The notes under the pieces were generated by a model, which saw only the letters and a list, made by a program, of their open reading frames with translations, was not told the DNA's origin and did no database searches. From Schmidtea polychroa (taxonomy: Eukaryota), in contig CM097885.1 in the NCBI GenBank assembly GCA_044892525.1, positions 69,130,001-69,194,000 of the forward strand: a stretch of 64,000 bases of DNA, given 5' to 3'. Shown in pieces: positions 59,910-64,000 of this stretch; position 1 is the stretch's first letter, and every line of letters begins with the position of its first letter. Made by a program: the position numbers and the translations under genes.

Positions 59910-62900
59910 CCATTAAAATTTCCATTTAAATTTTCATTATAAATTACATTTCTCAAAAAAGTTGGTTGTTATTCAATCTTTTGATAATAAATTTAAAAAT
60001 CTTAGTTTAATTTACTTAGTACATTACTTATTTAAAAATTATTACTTTAATTTACTTATTTAATTTAAAATTTGAACCTTAATTTACTTTTTTAAAATTA
60101 TTACTTTAATTTACCTAATTATTCTTTATTTCTTAATTTTACACCATAATTTACTTAACAACTAATTATAACCCTTATTTTCATATTTAACCAATAATTT
60201 CATGTGGTCATCTGCTTGTAAGTGTTTGGTATCTAGTTGACAGTGCTTATTACTAGGTAAGTTACTTGGTTGTTAGTACTTGGTATCTAGTACCTGGTTG
60301 ATGTTGGTTGTATGTACTTGGTATCTAGTTGTTAGTAACTAGTTGTAGGTAATTAATGCTTAGTAGTTGGTAACTGGTTGTTAGTACTTGGTAGGTGGTA
60401 GCTAGTTGGTTGTAGGTACTTAGTAGTTGGTTGATAATGCTTAGTACTTGGTAGGTGGTTGTTAGTTGGTTGTAGGTACTTAGTAGTTGGTAATTAATGC
60501 TTAGTACCTGGTTGATGTTGGTTGTAGGTACTTAGTAGTTGGTAGCTAGTTGGTTGCTATCAGGTAACTAGTTGTAGGTATCTGGTTGTTAATACATGTT
60601 CGTAATTTACTGGTACTTGGTATCTAGTTGTTAGTTGTTAGCGGGTTGTTAGTAACTAGGTATCTAGTTGTTAGTACTTGGTTGATAATGCTTAGTACCT
60701 GGTTGATGTTGGTTGTTAGTACTTAGTAGTTGGTAGCTAGTTGTTAGTAACTAGTTGTAAGTACTTGGTATCTGGTTGTTAGTTGTTATCTGGTTGTGAG
60801 TAGTTGGTATCAGGTTGTTAGCTGGTTGATAGTACTTGGTATCTGGTAATTAGTTGTAGGTACTTGGTTGTTTGAGAGTTATTTAGTACGTGGTATCTAG
60901 TTGTAGGTACTTGGTATCAGGTAACTGGTTGTTAGTATCTAGTTGTTAGCTGGTTGTTAGTACTTAGTTGTTGGTTGTAAGTAGTAGGTATCTGGTTGTT
61001 AGTTGTTAGCTGGTTGTTGGTTGTTAGTACTTGGTAGCTAGTTGTTAGCTGGTTGTAGCTAGTTAATGGGTAGGTGGTTGTAGGTACTTGGTAACTGTTT
61101 GTTAGTATCTAGTTGTAGGTACCTGGTTGATGTTGGTTGTATGTACTTGTTAGGTGGTTTTAGGTACTTGGTTGATAATGCTTAGTACCTAGTTGTTGTA
61201 GGTTGTAAGTACTTGGTATCTAGTACCTGATTGTTGTTAGTTGTTAGTACTTGGTAGCTAGTTAATAGGTAGGTGGTTGTAGGTACTTGGTATCTAGTTG
61301 TTAGCTAGTTGTTTTTGGTTGTTAGTACTTGGTACCTAGTTGGTTGCTTGTTTTTGGTTGTTAGTAACTAGTTGTAAGTACTAGGTATCAGGTAACTGGT
61401 TGTTAGTATTTAGTTGTAAGTACTTGGTATCAGGTAACTAGTTGGTTGTAGGTACTTAGTAGTTGGTAACTGGTACCTGGTTGGTTGCTTGTTTTTGGTT
61501 GTTAGTACTTGTTAGGTGGTTGTATTTACTTAGTATCATGTAACTAGTTGTTAGTAACTAGTTGTAGGTATCTGGTTGTTAATACATGTTCGTAAGTTAC
61601 TGGTTGTTGGTACTAAGTTGTTGGTTTGTTGTTGAATTATTATTAAAATTTGTCTTTGATAAATATTTCATAAAAATTTTCATTAAAAATTATCTTAAAA
61701 ATTTCCATCTAAAATTATCATTGAAAAATATTTCATAAAAATTTACATTAAAAATTACTTAAAAAATTATTCCATAAAAATTTCCATTAAAAATTACCAT
61801 TGAAAAATATTTCATTAAAATTTCTATTAAAAATTACTTAAAAATTATTTCATAAAAATTTTCATTAAAAAATTTCAATTCTCAAACACCTTCTATTATT
61901 TTGTAATTAAATTTTAAAATCTTACTTTAATTTACTTATTTAAAATTTTTTACCATTGATTACTTAATTTAAAAATTATTACTTTAATTTACTTATTTAA
62001 AATTTTTTACCATTGATTACTTAATTTAAAAATTTGGACCATTATTTACTGTAATTTAATTTTTAAGAACTTAAATTTACTTTAATTTAAAAATTTGGAC
62101 CATTATTTACTTTAATTGAAAAATCTGGACCATAATTTACTGTAATTTAATATTTTAGAACCATAATTTACTTTAATTTAATTTTTAGAACCATTATTTA
62201 CTGTAATTTAATTTTTAGACCCATAATTTACTGTATTTGAAAAATTTGAACCATTGTTTTTTTTAATTTAAAATGTTTGACCATAATTTACTGTAATTTA
62301 ATTTTTAGGACCATAATTTACTGTAATTTAAAAATTTGAGCCATAATTTACTATAATTTAATTTTTAGAACCATAATTTACTTTAATTTTAAAATTTGGA
62401 CCATTATTTACTTTAATTGAAAAATTTACCACGTTTTTAGTGTAGACCACCTATTTCTCAGGACCAAGGAGACTCACCTCACTATAGTCTGAAAAATCCT
62501 TGGCTTTTTTAGTGTAGACCAGCTTTTTGTATTGAAAATATCCTGAGACCTTAAATTACCATGCTTTTTTAGTGTAGACCAGCTTTTTGTATTGAAAAAT
62601 TTTTTTTGTATTGAAAATCCCAGGACCATCGAGACCCCCTCACTATAGTCTGAAAAATCCTTGGCTTTTTTAGTGGTAGTCGGATTTTTGTATAGAAAAA
62701 ATTTTATTTGTATTGAAAATCCCAGGTTCATCGAGACCCCCTCACTATAGTGTGAATAATCCTTGACTTTTTTATTGATAGTCGGATTTTTGTATAGAAA
62801 AATTTTATTTGTATTGAAAATCCCAGTTCCATCGAGACCCCCTCACTATAGTGTGAAAATTCCATGCTTTTTTAGTGGTAGTCGGATTTTTGTATAGAAA

Positions 62901-64000
62901 AAATTTTATTTGTATTGAAAATCCCAGGTCCATCGAGACCCCCTTATTTCTCAGGACCAAGGAGACTCACCTCGCTATAGTCTGAAAAATCCTTGGCTTT
63001 TTTAGTGTAGACCAGCTTTTTGTATTGAAAATATCCTGAGACCTTAAATTACCATGCTTTTTTAGTGTAGACCAGCTTTTTGTATTGAAAATATCCTGAG
63101 ACCTTAAATTACCACATTTTTCTAGTGTAGACCACCTATTTCTCAGGACCAAGGAGACTCACCTCACTATAGTCTGAAAAATCCATGCTTTTTTAGTGAG
63201 ACCGCCTTTTTGTATTGAAAAATTTTTTTTGTATTGAAAATCCCAGGACCATCGTTTTTGTATAGAAAAAATTTTATTTGTATTGAAAATCCCAGGACCA
63301 TCGAGACCCCATCACTATAGTCTGAAAATTCCATGCTTTTTTAGTGAGACCGCCTTTTTGTATTGAAAAAATTTTATTTGTATTGAAAATCCCAGGACCA
63401 TCGTTTTTGTATAGAAAAAATTTTATTTGTATTGAAAATCCCAGGACCATCGAGACCCCCTCACTATAGTGTGAAAATTCCATGCTTTTTTAGTGGTAGT
63501 CGGATTTTTGTATAGAAAAATTTTTTTTGTATTGAAAATCCCAGGACCATCGTTTTTGTATAGAAAAAATTTTTTTTGCATTGAAAATCCCAGGACCATC
63601 GAGACCCCCTCACTATAGTGTGAAAATTCCATGCTTTTTTAGTGGTAGTCGGATTTTTGTATAGAAAAATTTTTTTTGTATTGAAAATCCCAGGACCATC
63701 GTTTTTGTATAGAAAAAATTTTTTTTGCATTGAAAATCCCAGGACCATCGAGACCCCCTCACTATAGTCTGAAAAATTGCGTAATCAAAAGTTGCAGCAA
63801 AAAAATTACGGCAGCAGAACCCCCCCCCCCCCCCCCCCATGGGGGGGGGGTCATTGCTGCCGTAGGCCACTATCTACCTACTTTCCCCTATCGCTAAATT
63901 TAGCTGCATTAGCCCTATCTACCCATAAACTCACGGAAGATCACTAAAGTCTATCTTTAACAACACCCCCCCCGGAGGACGACGTCAAAGTATTAATTTA

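Larger units (their letters stand above)
48822..63882. mobile_element. 15-kb non-coding palindromic element with Polinton/Maverick-type termini
   Basis: Arms 48822-55826 and 56784-63882 are reverse complements. Ends are AGTAGGTAG...CTACCTACT, with TTCCCC on both flanks (48816-48821, 63883-63888). The inverted repeat is directly observed; the Polinton class is inferred from the ends. Confidence 0.8.

Noticed and set aside
48822-63882. Palindromic rDNA or telomere interpretation
   Set aside because: No recognisable rRNA sequence and no canonical telomeric repeat tract; the structure is flanked on both sides by a 6-bp duplication.
48822-63882. Pure foldback read or amplification chimera
   Set aside because: Disfavoured by different outer flanks sharing a 6-bp TSD, a unique 957-bp spacer and repeat-unit differences between arms. 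Not fully excluded without reads.

Overview
AT-rich eukaryotic DNA, probably from an invertebrate animal (genes have 38-47 nt GT-AG introns), made mostly of mobile elements. (1) 1400-15444 is a young, 14-kb Ty3/gypsy-type LTR retroelement: two 1110-bp LTRs, ATTA TSD, PBS and PPT. Removing a 397-bp tandem duplication restores one 2866-aa polyprotein in an unusual order: Gag, AT-hook, Bcl-2-like domain, chuvirus-like envelope glycoprotein, PR, RT, RH, IN, then a second membrane-protein module. A separate REX4/ISG20-like pseudo-exonuclease ORF runs into the 3' LTR. The element sits inside the zinc knuckle of an older, decayed gypsy element. (2) 16.9-48 kb holds two diverged copies of a host cassette (Ubl-kinase gene with DFG changed to GFD, plus a small Ubl gene), an intact DD35D pogo transposon, solo-LTR-like repeats, a MITE, and hAT, mariner, Penelope, SWIM and gypsy relics. 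(3) 48822-63882 is a 15-kb near-perfect palindrome: two ~7-kb arms around a 957-bp spacer, AGT...ACT termini and a 6-bp TTCCCC TSD. These are Polinton/Maverick-type ends, but there is no credible coding sequence, and a nested TIR element is mirrored in both arms. All protein family calls come from motif recognition by eye; no database search was run.
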